64,000 nucleotides of DNA from a virus: the IMG/VR virus record IMGVR_UViG_3300031420_000490. One strand, written 5' to 3'. The notes below the pieces were generated by a model. The model saw only the letters and a list, made by a program, of their open reading frames with translations, was not told the origin of the DNA and did no database searches. How positions within the stretch are numbered: position 1 is the first letter of the stretch; every line of letters starts with the position of its first letter. Made by a program: the position numbers and the translations under genes. Of the stretch, positions 19,338 to 28,300 are shown piece after piece.

Positions 19338-19616
19338 ATGACCAACGCAACTGCCACCGTCCAGGACTCCGTCAACCACATGCGCGATGTGGTGGCCGAC
19401 GAGCTCGTCTTCGCTGCTCGGCGCGCCGAGCTCAAGGGTGTCATCGCTGAGATCGAGGCCTCGGAGCTCGGCGGAGAGTTCATCCCCGGCTCCTTCGAGA
19501 TGGCCCGGGACGGCCTGGGCTTCAACGCCCGAGTTCGCAACGCATTCGGCTACCGCTTCCGTACCTTCAAGCGAGGCGACATCGTCTTCTTCGACCAGCA
19601 CGGTGAGATCATCTGA
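19338..19616 (+). CDS. hypothetical protein, leaderless
   Basis: TTGCAC-17-TACAGT, 7 nt, ATG. Confidence 0.8.
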   Translation: MTNATATVQDSVNHMRDVVADELVFAARRAELKGVIAEIEASELGGEFIPGSFEMARDGLGFNARVRNAFGYRFRTFKRGDIVFFDQHGEII

Positions 19617-19630
19617 GCTCAGCTCCACCG

Positions 19631-19666
19631 GAACAGCCTGCTACCCTTCGGGGTGGTGGGCTGTTC
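19631..19666 (+). terminator. UUCG stem-loop terminator
   Basis: 16-bp stem with TTCG loop. Confidence 0.7.
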
Positions 19667-19719
19667 TGCTTTGGCGCACCCGGTTGCGAGCTCGAGCCTA
19701 TCCATGTAGGGTGGCATCC

Positions 19720-20520
19720 ATGAACGGACACGAGCACATCATCACTGAGATCTCCCACGGCGTGGAGGTGATCTCCGGGGATGTCGCGGTGAGCGACTTC
19801 CTCAAGGAGGCCGTCGCCAAGACCGGCGGCAACCGGAAGTACTCCGGCACCTTCGAGGAGCTCGAGGATCTCACCATGGCCCACATGGAGAACTGGAAGC
19901 CCGGCACCGGATCCGTGGACGGGGATGTCCGCATCGTCATCGTCCCCACGGAGGGCTTCTTCACCGAGGTCGTCCGGATCACCGAGGAGAACCAGCGCTC
20001 CCTGGAAGTCGTCTACAACGCCCGCCGGAAGGGCGAGGAGCCGGTGCCCACGCTCATCCTCCGGGGCATCGACCCCTCTCCCGCAGAATCTGTGGGCATC
20101 GTGATCTACCGGGCCGATGTGCTCCAGAAGGACAACGACCGCTCATCCCTGGCCGAGTGGGAGATCGTGGCCATCCTTACGGACCCCGAGCTCCCGGACG
20201 GCGGCACCGTGCCCATGAACCCGGCCACCATGGCCCGCAACGCTGCCGACCTCCGGGGTGGCACCCACCGGGAGTACAGCGCCGAGCAGTGGCTTGAGGC
20301 CACCCTGTTCTGGCAGCGCCATGCTCGAGTCGCTCCGGCGCTCCAGCCCGCAGAGCCCACGGAGGAGGCCATCGCAGCCCTGGCCGACGAGCTCCCCCTG
20401 GGCTACACGGCCCGGGACCGGGACTCCAACACCTTCGAGGCCGCTGAGCGCATCATCCGTGCCGGCTGGGAGCACCCGGACTACCCGCTCCCCCGCAAGT
20501 CCTCGGTGGAGATGCTCTAG
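19720..20520 (+). CDS. DUF3228-like protein, leaderless
   Basis: IVIYR.DVL, WEIVAI, VPMNP.TMARNA...GGT...W motifs; TTGCGA-17-TAGGGT. Confidence 0.65.
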   Translation: MNGHEHIITEISHGVEVISGDVAVSDFLKEAVAKTGGNRKYSGTFEELEDLTMAHMENWKPGTGSVDGDVRIVIVPTEGFFTEVVRITEENQRSLEVVYNARRKGEEPVPTLILRGIDPSPAESVGIVIYRADVLQKDNDRSSLAEWEIVAILTDPELPDGGTVPMNPATMARNAADLRGGTHREYSAEQWLEATLFWQRHARVAPALQPAEPTEEAIAALADELPLGYTARDRDSNTFEAAERIIRAGWEHPDYPLPRKSSVEML

Positions 20521-20555
20521 CAGGCTGCTGCCAATCTAAGAGAAAGATCAGCTCC

Positions 20556-21275
20556 TTGGCCATCGTCTATCGAGTGGAGAACTGGGAGGGCTTCGGCCCC
20601 TACTCCCCCATAGCGCCGACTGTGAGCCCTGACCTCGAGCTTCGACCGGAGCCGGACTTCAATGAGCTGACGGTCTTCCTTGCCGACTGGGTCTTCGGCT
20701 TCGATTCCCTCACCGCTCTCTCCAGCTGGTTCTCTAGCGATGTGATCGAGTCCCTGAGCCGGGATGGAGAGCACTGGCTCATCAGCCGCTACGAGCTCCA
20801 CGATGCTCGAGTTGATCGGGGAAAGCTCCAGCTCGTCTTCGACAAGGAGCAGGCTGAGCTCCTCGGCTGCTTTCCCCTCAGCGAGCTACTCCAGCTCAAC
20901 GGTGCCTCAGCTGAGACTCTGATGGATCAGTTCGAAGCCCACGAGCCCTGCGTGGCCCATCCCCAGCACAGCGCCTTCGCCGAAGATCTCAAGTCTGGAA
21001 TCCACACGGAGGAGGAGAGGCGGGCCATCATCGACGCCTGCTTCGAGAACTTCGTCCTGGGCTCCTACTACCGGATCAACAGCCGCTGGTATGGCTATAG
21101 GGTAGACGGACTCCAGCCGATCGGCGAGGGCAGGCGCTGCGAAGCAATCGATCCTCGAGAGCTCCGACCTACCGCCAGGTTCGTAGAGCCAGTTCGTCCG
21201 CCGGGAACTAGACCTCCGAAGCGAGATCCCCGTTGGACCATGGGAAAGTCCCTCGAGACTCTGGAGCTGATCTGA
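20556..21275 (+). CDS. YRVE...GFGPY family protein (possible ART-like fold)
   Basis: Paralogue of 21277. Confidence 0.65.
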   Translation: MAIVYRVENWEGFGPYSPIAPTVSPDLELRPEPDFNELTVFLADWVFGFDSLTALSSWFSSDVIESLSRDGEHWLISRYELHDARVDRGKLQLVFDKEQAELLGCFPLSELLQLNGASAETLMDQFEAHEPCVAHPQHSAFAEDLKSGIHTEEERRAIIDACFENFVLGSYYRINSRWYGYRVDGLQPIGEGRRCEAIDPRELRPTARFVEPVRPPGTRPPKRDPRWTMGKSLETLELI

Positions 21276-21276
21276 G

Positions 21277-21816
21277 ATGGCCGTCGTCTACCGGGTCGAG
21301 ACTCCCGAGGGCTTCGGTCCCTACTCGAGGATTGCCCCCGAGCTCACGGCCCACGAGAACCACCGCAGTCCTAAGAGTGAGGGTATCGAGTTTCCCTACT
21401 ACTGGTACTTCGGCTTCCAGGATCTCAGCTTGTTGACACTCTGGTTCTCAGCGGTGGAGATCGAGGAGCTCAAGGAGTACGGCGAGAGCTGGCTTCTGAG
21501 CAAGTACGAGGTCCCGGAGAACCGGCTCAAGAGCACAGTCCACCAGACCGTCTTCGACCGGCACAGCTCACAGTCGACGCTCCTCGGATGTCTAGCTCTG
21601 GACGCACTGGCCGGAGCACCCCGAGAGAGGCTCTCCGAGGAGCGGATCGCTGAACTCGACCGGCTCTTTGAGCCCCACGAGCCCTGTGAGCCACGACCTC
21701 GCTTCGGCCTGTTCGAGAAGACCGGAACGCTCAAGCTGGACGATAGGTACGAGCTTCATGAGATCATCGACAGCCTGGAGGAGGGGGCGCTACTACAGCG
21801 CCGTGCTGAAGTCTGA
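21277..21816 (+). CDS. YRVE...GFGPY family protein
   Basis: Paralogue of 20556. Confidence 0.7.
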   Translation: MAVVYRVETPEGFGPYSRIAPELTAHENHRSPKSEGIEFPYYWYFGFQDLSLLTLWFSAVEIEELKEYGESWLLSKYEVPENRLKSTVHQTVFDRHSSQSTLLGCLALDALAGAPRERLSEERIAELDRLFEPHEPCEPRPRFGLFEKTGTLKLDDRYELHEIIDSLEEGALLQRRAEV

Positions 21817-21883
21817 GGCTCGAGAGGATCCCAAAACATACCCCATCAGGTTCTTCCTCTTCAGGAGCGGATCACTCTATCCC

Positions 21884-21935
21884 CTGAGAGGGGCCAAGTT
21901 CCAGCCTTATTCAGCTGAGTTTGGACCCCTCTCAG
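21884..21935. terminator. long hairpin between convergent genes
   Basis: CTGAGAGGGG/CCCCTCTCAG outer stem with inner stems. Confidence 0.55.
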
Positions 21936-21981
21936 TGGAGGAAGCTCTGGCCGATAAACTCGACCTGAGCGTCTTTGGAGC

Positions 21982-22737
21982 TTAGTCCTCGTCGGCCTCG
22001 ACGGTGTCCGCAGCGCTGCTATCAGCTACGACAGGAGCCTGTGGCTCGAAGCGGGCCTTGAGCGCATCGTAGATCAGCCGAAGGTCTGCCTCGTCGCCGT
22101 AGTAGGCCGATGGGTCCTCGGCGAACTTCAGCGGGTTCGGCACCGTTGGGAGTCCGTTGTCATCGAAGATGTAGCGGTCTCGATAGGAGCGGTTGATTTC
22201 GTAGGGCTGCATGACGAGATTGCTATCCGAGAGTGGGAGCCGTGGATCCTTGTGGCCTTTCTCGAACTTCCCCTTGGCCATTGCAGCGAAGAGCTTCCGT
22301 GAGCGAGAAACGCTCTCCTGTCTACCCACCTCAGTAGTGAGATCCTGACTGGAGTGGAGGTACTTGTCGCTGAATGTGAGATCAGCAAAACCATAGGAAG
22401 GCTTCTTCTCAGGGGTCTTGTCGAGCTTGATTCCCACTCGCTCAATCTTGTTGGCCCACTGAATTGAGTCTCCACCCACGCGGTCTGGATCGATCTTCTC
22501 GCCGAAGGCCGTGAGCTGTGCGCGGTCGAAGGCCAGACCCAGGTTGGAGGCGAAGAGTGCGATGACCTGCTGACTGATACTGCGATTGCTTGGCTTGGCT
22601 GGAAGCTTGACTCGAGGATTGGCTGCGATGAAGTCCTGCAGGCCCTTGGGCCAAGCGGTGGCCTTGGTGAAACCTGCGAGAATGGTGGCGAACTGTGTGT
22701 CGCTAGCCTTCTGAAGAATGCGATTGTTCTTTGTCAT
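21982..22737 (-). CDS. putative His-Me finger (HNH-like) endonuclease
   Basis: GHKDP...SNL.MQ...IN...RD motif; lower GC; AAGGA RBS before ATG 22737. Confidence 0.55.
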   Translation of the reverse strand: MTKNNRILQKASDTQFATILAGFTKATAWPKGLQDFIAANPRVKLPAKPSNRSISQQVIALFASNLGLAFDRAQLTAFGEKIDPDRVGGDSIQWANKIERVGIKLDKTPEKKPSYGFADLTFSDKYLHSSQDLTTEVGRQESVSRSRKLFAAMAKGKFEKGHKDPRLPLSDSNLVMQPYEINRSYRDRYIFDDNGLPTVPNPLKFAEDPSAYYGDEADLRLIYDALKARFEPQAPVVADSSAADTVEADED

Positions 22738-22845
22738 TGTTGTATTTCCTTCTGCCATTCAAGGCGATTAGTTAAGGACATTTGCCTTACATTGAATATC
22801 GGCTTAAATGCGATCTAAAGTGCATTTCCAGAGAAAAAGTTTGTG

Positions 22846-22861
22846 AGTTTCATGTGAAACT
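22846..22861. promoter_or_regulatory. parS-like palindrome
   Basis: AGTTTCATGTGAAACT versus consensus TGTTTCACGTGAAACA. Confidence 0.6.
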
Positions 22862-23087
22862 GCGTTCTATGGCTATTTCGGCCTAGAGCCACGAGCCTGT
22901 CGTACCGAAGCCCGCGGAGGACGCGCTGCAAGCACCGCTCCTAAGACAGTAGGAGGCCGCCTAAGACGGTCACAGCGCCCAGACATGCGACGAATCGCTC
23001 CGGAGCTAGCGAGGGCTCAGGCGGGCGCTGATGAAAGCCTGTAGTCAGCCGGTTGTGCTGCCTCGGGCTCCCGTGTACTGTTGCCCC

Positions 23088-23491
23088 ATGGACACCACCA
23101 AGAGCCTTCGCCTCCGGGCAGCCGCAGTCGCCGTCGGTGCTGCAGCGCTCCTCTCCACGCTCACCGGCTGCACCGTGGGCTACACGGAGACGCAGACCGC
23201 CGATCCCAGCGCTCCCATCAGCGTCGAGGACACTCGCTACGACAGCACCTACACCAGGGTCCCGGGCGTGGACTTCATCGTGACCTGTCTTGAGGCCGGC
23301 ATCGGCAAGTCGGCGACCCTGAGCTGTTTCAAGGGCTCCCAGGACATCCCAAGGACAGGATCACCGACTTCGACGAGCTCCGCTACGACGCGAGCTTCCT
23401 GAAGGTGAATGGGGTCACCGTCGGCTGCCTCGATGCGGGTGTCGGCAAGAGCGCTGTGGTGAGCTGCTTCCCCGTCGAGGACTCCAAGTAG
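23088..23491 (+). pseudogene. two-repeat lipoprotein split by a 1-nt frameshift near 23347
   Basis: LTG-C lipobox; repeat RYD...V....C L.AG.GKSA..SCF continues in another frame to TAG at 23491. Confidence 0.7.
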
Positions 23492-23543
23492 GCGGTCAGA
23501 TCTCACCGTTGCGCTGAGCCAAAAGAGGGTATAGGATCATCCC

Positions 23544-24041
23544 ATGGACACCACCACAAACACCAAGATCAAGGACCTCACCGTCTCCGGTGACCCCTAC
23601 AACCACTACCGGATCTACGACAGGAACGGCCACCGGCTCGTCTTCAACGGCGAGGTCGTGGGTAAGTTCACTGACCTGCACGACGCGGAGCGCTTCGCCT
23701 TCGAGTACAACCGTAAGATGGAGGACCCGGAGCCCTACATCGACCCGCAGACCATGGAGCGTTCCGCCACCGGCGACGGGAGCTGGCGCTCCTACTACAA
23801 CCCGCGCATCGTCTGGCCCACCCACGGTGGCCGCATGGTCCGCCGGGACCACCTCCGGGCAGGCGACATGGCGGTCTCCAGCCACTACGGTCCCCGCAAG
23901 GTCGAGTCCGTGAGCCAGGCTGGCTTCGCCGGGCAGACCACCACCATCGTCTGGGAGGGCGGCACTAAGGACCGTCCCTTCAGCGAGGTCTACCCGAGCG
24001 ACCTCTCCATTGAGATGCTCCCGGAGGGCTGGACTCGCTGA
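23544..24041 (+). CDS. hypothetical protein, leaderless MDTT start
   Basis: TTGCGC-17-TAGGAT, 6 nt, ATG. Confidence 0.8.
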   Translation: MDTTTNTKIKDLTVSGDPYNHYRIYDRNGHRLVFNGEVVGKFTDLHDAERFAFEYNRKMEDPEPYIDPQTMERSATGDGSWRSYYNPRIVWPTHGGRMVRRDHLRAGDMAVSSHYGPRKVESVSQAGFAGQTTTIVWEGGTKDRPFSEVYPSDLSIEMLPEGWTR

Positions 24042-24188
24042 CCCTGTTCTTCTAGGAGCCTCCAGGCGCCCCGGACCTTACCTAGGGTTCGGGGCGCTTT
24101 CCCATGGAGCTGCCCGCACCAGCAGGCTGGGCTCCCGCACGACCAGCAGGCTGTTGACGGATTGCTGCCAGTGGTATAGCATTGCCCC

Positions 24189-24587
24189 ATGGACACCACA
24201 CAGACCAGCAAGCGCCCCGCTCGCTCGATCCACATCTTCTGTGAGATCGACAAGCACGAGTATTGCTCCCGGGACCGGGACCGCGATGGCTTCTGCGAGT
24301 GCAGCTGCCACTTCGACACGAAGATCTCCTACGGTAAGCACCTGGGGGACCTGGCCTACGCCTTCTTCGAGCTCGAGCGCGCGCTCAAGGACACGCCCCT
24401 GAGCCGGGACGAGCGCCAGGAGCGCTACCTCATGCTCCTCAAGGCGGCCGACGGTACCGTAGACTTCGAAGGCCGCAGTGCCGAAGAGGTCCTCGCCGCC
24501 CTGGAGGGCACGCTCCAGCGCAGCCGGGAGGGCTACTGGTCCATGGGTGAGACCCTGGAGGACCTCGGCATGCCCGGCCGCTACTAG
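24189..24587 (+). CDS. Cys/His-rich putative Zn-binding protein, leaderless
   Basis: C...KH..C...CECSCH; TTGACG-17-TAGCAT. Confidence 0.75.
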   Translation: MDTTQTSKRPARSIHIFCEIDKHEYCSRDRDRDGFCECSCHFDTKISYGKHLGDLAYAFFELERALKDTPLSRDERQERYLMLLKAADGTVDFEGRSAEEVLAALEGTLQRSREGYWSMGETLEDLGMPGRY

Positions 24588-24624
24588 GCCACAACAGACA
24601 GCTAACCGCAGAATCGGAGACACC

Positions 24625-25221
24625 ATGACGGCAGTACCAGAGATCTCGAAGGAACAGATCGAGGGCCTCGGTAGGCGACTCTACCTCGCAGAGGAGAACC
24701 CCAGCGACGAGGACATCGCCGAGTACGAGGACTTCGTCAAGGCCACCTCCGAGGCTGTGGCTGAGCACGAGAGCGCCCGGATCCTCCTGGCGAGCTACCT
24801 CGGCATCATCGAGCGAGGCGAAGCCGAGAAGCTCGCCGCAGCTAATCGGCCCTCCGAGGCTGAGATCGCTGCCCGGCGCGCAGAGGATCGGGCAGAGGCA
24901 GCAGAGGAGGCCGAGGAGGATCTCATCGAGGAGCTTCGAGTGCTTGTCAGTGAGGCAACCGAGTTCGATGTGGACTTCGCCGTGGCCGACAAGATCTTCG
25001 TGGAGGATGAGTACACCCTCCACCAGGCCAAGTACTGGGGCTCCAGCGACACCGTGGTCCGCGAGGGCGCCTACAGCGCGTTCTCCCGGGCGCTCATCGG
25101 TAGGGACTGGCCCACCTACGGTGACGGACTCACCGACGAGGAGCTCGAGGGCTTCATCGCAGAGCTCAAGGTCGCCCACGACGGGCTCCTCGGGGAGCTC
25201 CAGCAGACGCAGACAGACTGA
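24625..25221 (+). CDS. acidic hypothetical protein
   Basis: GGAGA RBS. Confidence 0.7.
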   Translation: MTAVPEISKEQIEGLGRRLYLAEENPSDEDIAEYEDFVKATSEAVAEHESARILLASYLGIIERGEAEKLAAANRPSEAEIAARRAEDRAEAAEEAEEDLIEELRVLVSEATEFDVDFAVADKIFVEDEYTLHQAKYWGSSDTVVREGAYSAFSRALIGRDWPTYGDGLTDEELEGFIAELKVAHDGLLGELQQTQTD

Positions 25222-25238
25222 AGGAACAGAGCAACATC

Positions 25239-25742
25239 ATGGTAGCAGACTTCTCCCGGGAGCTCGTCGAGGACATCGCGGGCAGGATCTACGGAGCCAA
25301 CAGGAAGACGGATTCGGCCTCAAAGGCAGTTGTTCGGAACTTCCTCAAGGCTCTAGCTGAGAGCCCCCTCGCCCAGAAGGAGCTCGGTCTGCGCTTCGGC
25401 CCCCAGGCGGTTGCCGCCCAGCAGGCTCAGGAGCTCTCCGAGGACCTCGAGTCTATCCGTAGGCTCGTCGAAAAGGAGGGTGGCTTCGAGGTCTCCCCGA
25501 AGGTCATCGAGCATGTCTTCCAGCACGAGGACTTCGTACTTCAGGAAGTCAGCTACTACACGGTGGACGAACCCGAGACCCGGGAGCTCGTTCTCAATCG
25601 CTTCGCCATCAACATCAGCGGAACAGGAATGATCTGGCCCTACGACTCAGGGCTGCCCTCCGAGAGGACACAGTACCTGGAGGGGCTGGCCCGGCTCAAG
25701 GGGATGCATGATAGTCTCCTCTCGATCATTGAGCGCCACTGA
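25239..25742 (+). CDS. hypothetical protein
   Basis: RBS; operon position. Confidence 0.65.
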   Translation: MVADFSRELVEDIAGRIYGANRKTDSASKAVVRNFLKALAESPLAQKELGLRFGPQAVAAQQAQELSEDLESIRRLVEKEGGFEVSPKVIEHVFQHEDFVLQEVSYYTVDEPETRELVLNRFAINISGTGMIWPYDSGLPSERTQYLEGLARLKGMHDSLLSIIERH

Positions 25743-25760
25743 GAGAGGGAGGAACTCACC

Positions 25761-26024
25761 ATGACCAGTCCAGTAGCAGAGAACTTCAGCCGCGGTCAGG
25801 AACTCGCGGGGCTCATGGAGGCTGTCAACGCGGCCTCCGACTTCGAGGAGTACTACGAGGCGAGCTCCCGGGCTCGCACCTACGGGCTCTACCTCCGACC
25901 TGGCTTCTACGGCCAGAAGCGTAAGATCCCCTCGACCCAGATCGAGGATGTGCGCAGTGCAAAGGATCAGCCTGCGCTCACGGGCATCCTCCTCGAGATC
26001 AACTACGGCGAGCAGGCATTCTAG
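25761..26024 (+). CDS. hypothetical protein
   Basis: GGAGG RBS. Confidence 0.7.
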   Translation: MTSPVAENFSRGQELAGLMEAVNAASDFEEYYEASSRARTYGLYLRPGFYGQKRKIPSTQIEDVRSAKDQPALTGILLEINYGEQAF

Positions 26025-26133
26025 GTCACTCGGCCTGAAGACAGGTCCATCCAGGCTGTTGCATCTCCGGCGAAAAGCGGTGTAGTGTGTTGCTACACCG
26101 CTTTTTCGCTCCGTTCGATCCTAGGAGGCACCC

Positions 26134-26382
26134 GTGAACTTCACCACCGTCACCGTTCCCATGGTCACCGTCGAGGACATCAAGGCTGCCAAGAAGAGCC
26201 TGGGGCTGCTCGGCCAGTTCTTCACGGCTCCCCTCATCGAGACGGAAGAGGCAGCTGTTCGCTACGCCATCAGGGAGACCAACGACCGGCTCCCCACCCA
26301 GAACTGCGTCACGGGCACCAGGTCGGTAGCCTTCGACGAGGCTCGCAAGGTCTGGGAGATCGAGCTCATCATCCTGGACTAG
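26134..26382 (+). CDS. hypothetical protein
   Basis: AGGAGG RBS, GTG start; TTGCAT-18-TAGTGT promoter. Confidence 0.7.
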   Translation: MNFTTVTVPMVTVEDIKAAKKSLGLLGQFFTAPLIETEEAAVRYAIRETNDRLPTQNCVTGTRSVAFDEARKVWEIELIILD

Positions 26383-26576
26383 CGCCCTCCGCTGAGGCCC
26401 TGAGGCTTCGCCCGATCCTGCGTACCACCTGATCGGTCGGGGCCTCAGCTCACGCCAGGAGGGACTTGATCCTCGAGGAAACTTCTTTCCCGGAGAGTTG
26501 CACGGCCGCCAGCCACCGTGTAATGTTCCTACTACACCGCACAAACACCACGCAGAACTTCAAGGAGAAACACATC

Positions 26577-26873
26577 ATGGCAGTCCACACCTCGTTCCAG
26601 GCCCGCATCGACGCACTGGTCTACCCGGGCTACCGCAGCCCGGAGATCCCGGCCTACGACACCGCCGTCCGTGAGATCGACGCGGAGTTCCGGGAGGCCC
26701 TGGCAGCCGAGTACCTCGGTGACATCGCCGAGTCCCGGGTCCAGCCCATCGCCGACGCGATCTGGATCCGCGCCGAGTCGGAGGGTCACGCCTCGGGTCG
26801 CTACGAGATCGAGGACCAGTACTCGGAGCTCGCGGCCATCGCCAACCTCGCCTACACGGCGGCCACGAACTGA
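26577..26873 (+). CDS. hypothetical protein
   Basis: TTGCAC-17-TAATGT promoter, CA-rich leader, AAGGAG RBS. Confidence 0.8.
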   Translation: MAVHTSFQARIDALVYPGYRSPEIPAYDTAVREIDAEFREALAAEYLGDIAESRVQPIADAIWIRAESEGHASGRYEIEDQYSELAAIANLAYTAATN

Positions 26874-27020
26874 CCGTAGTTCGAACCCTCGAGGCCCACA
26901 GTCCCCCAATGGATTGTGGGCCTCGGCTCGTTTGCGTAGCCGGTTGTGGATAGTGTTTCCGGGGTGTACAGTTGGCCATGACAAGGCCTTTCCGGTCGAG
27001 CTTCCAGAAGGAGTAAGCAG

Positions 27021-27179
27021 ATGCCCACAGCAATCGACCCCGAGGTTCCCGTCGAGGATCGACCGAAGCCCCTCACGGATCTCGTCGCACAGTGTTCCCT
27101 CTGCGAGGACGAGTTCCCCACGGCCTACGAGGCCTACACGCACGAGCAGCTCGACCACGAGGGCGACGCTCCCGAGTGA
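27021..27179 (+). CDS. 52-aa C2H2 zinc-finger-like protein
   Basis: C-x2-C-x3-F-x8-H-x4-H; AAGGAG RBS; not in the ORF track. Confidence 0.65.
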   Translation: MPTAIDPEVPVEDRPKPLTDLVAQCSLCEDEFPTAYEAYTHEQLDHEGDAPE

Positions 27180-27250
27180 GCGCAGCACTCCCGCCGGGCG
27201 GGTCGATAGGATGGCTCCACCACAGGAAGAGCTACCGAGGGAGATCCGCC

Positions 27251-27610
27251 ATGGCCACAGCAACCGACTCCAGGATCGAGGTCTGGGAGGGCGTGGACGG
27301 AGGCTACCTCTCCGCCAGCAACGCTCGCAGCCTTCGCGAGTTCGCAGAAGCAGTGATCTTCGGAGAGGATCGTGGACAGCTCGACATCCTCTTCGGCGAG
27401 GATCGGGACTACGACCGGATCACTCCAGAGGAGCTCATCGCAGAGGGCGAGGCCTGGCTTCGCGACCGAAATCCTCAGGGCTACCAGCTCCCTCCTGAGC
27501 TCCTCGACCGGGAGCGCTGGAGCGATGAGGATGAGGCTCGTATCCTCGAGGCTGGGATCGAGGATGGCCCTCTCCCCGGCTATGTGAAGATCATCTCGGT
27601 GAGCTACTGA
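27251..27610 (+). CDS. hypothetical protein
   Basis: GGGAG RBS; TAGGAT at 27207. Confidence 0.7.
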   Translation: MATATDSRIEVWEGVDGGYLSASNARSLREFAEAVIFGEDRGQLDILFGEDRDYDRITPEELIAEGEAWLRDRNPQGYQLPPELLDRERWSDEDEARILEAGIEDGPLPGYVKIISVSY

Positions 27611-27612
27611 CC

Positions 27613-27888
27613 ATGGAATCGACAGCCATGCTTACGGGTCTCGCAGCGGCCGAAGTACGGGAGCGAAGGCTCGCCGAGGAAGAACGCATCGAGATCGAGC
27701 GCATCACCGATCGAGCCCGGGAAGAGCTTCCCAGTGACGGGGTTCCCATCCCACTGCAGGAGTACCTCTTCGCCGTGAGCCGGTCGGCTCGAGTGGATCT
27801 CCTCGACGCAAAGCGAGCCCTGAGCCGGCTTCGACACTTCGGCGAGGCGGACTACAGGTTCGGTGTGGGAGTCTCTCGCAGGAACTGA
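27613..27888 (+). CDS. hypothetical protein
   Basis: Operon coupling. Confidence 0.6.
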   Translation: MESTAMLTGLAAAEVRERRLAEEERIEIERITDRAREELPSDGVPIPLQEYLFAVSRSARVDLLDAKRALSRLRHFGEADYRFGVGVSRRN

Positions 27889-28116
27889 ATCTCAGCACCA
27901 CCTAGCAGGCCCCAGGCGCGACTCTCAGCGCCCGGGGCCTTTGCCGTGCACATGCTCATGGGTAGGAAGATCCAAGGGCTTAGCCGGGCAGCTAGCGTAG
28001 CCCAACTGACTGACCACAGCCCGTTGACAGGACTGTTCCCGTGGCATAGGATCGAACTTCGAAGCACCATAGAAGTGTCTTCCATCCGATCCTCCTGAAG
28101 GGGAGTACACCACACC

Positions 28117-28300
28117 TTGACATCCCCGCTCAACTAGCGAGCGGTTCTCGACTCAAATCGAAGCTTGAGCTTTGAGTGAGACTCTGCGAGCCTGACTCTT
28201 GGCGCGAGTGCGCCGCCTACGAGGCCTGTAGGCCTTGTAGCTAGTTGTCCCTTCAGTGGACACTGCAAGATCGGCTGGCTTCGCCAGCTCCTCTCGGCTT
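28117..28300 (-). ncRNA. putative TnpB omega-RNA scaffold (5' limit unknown)
   Basis: Established TnpB biology: the scaffold overlaps the tnpB 3' end and ends at the right end. Confidence 0.5.

Noticed and set aside
23028-23034. CTGATGA hammerhead-like core
   Set aside because: No stem II followed by GAAA downstream.
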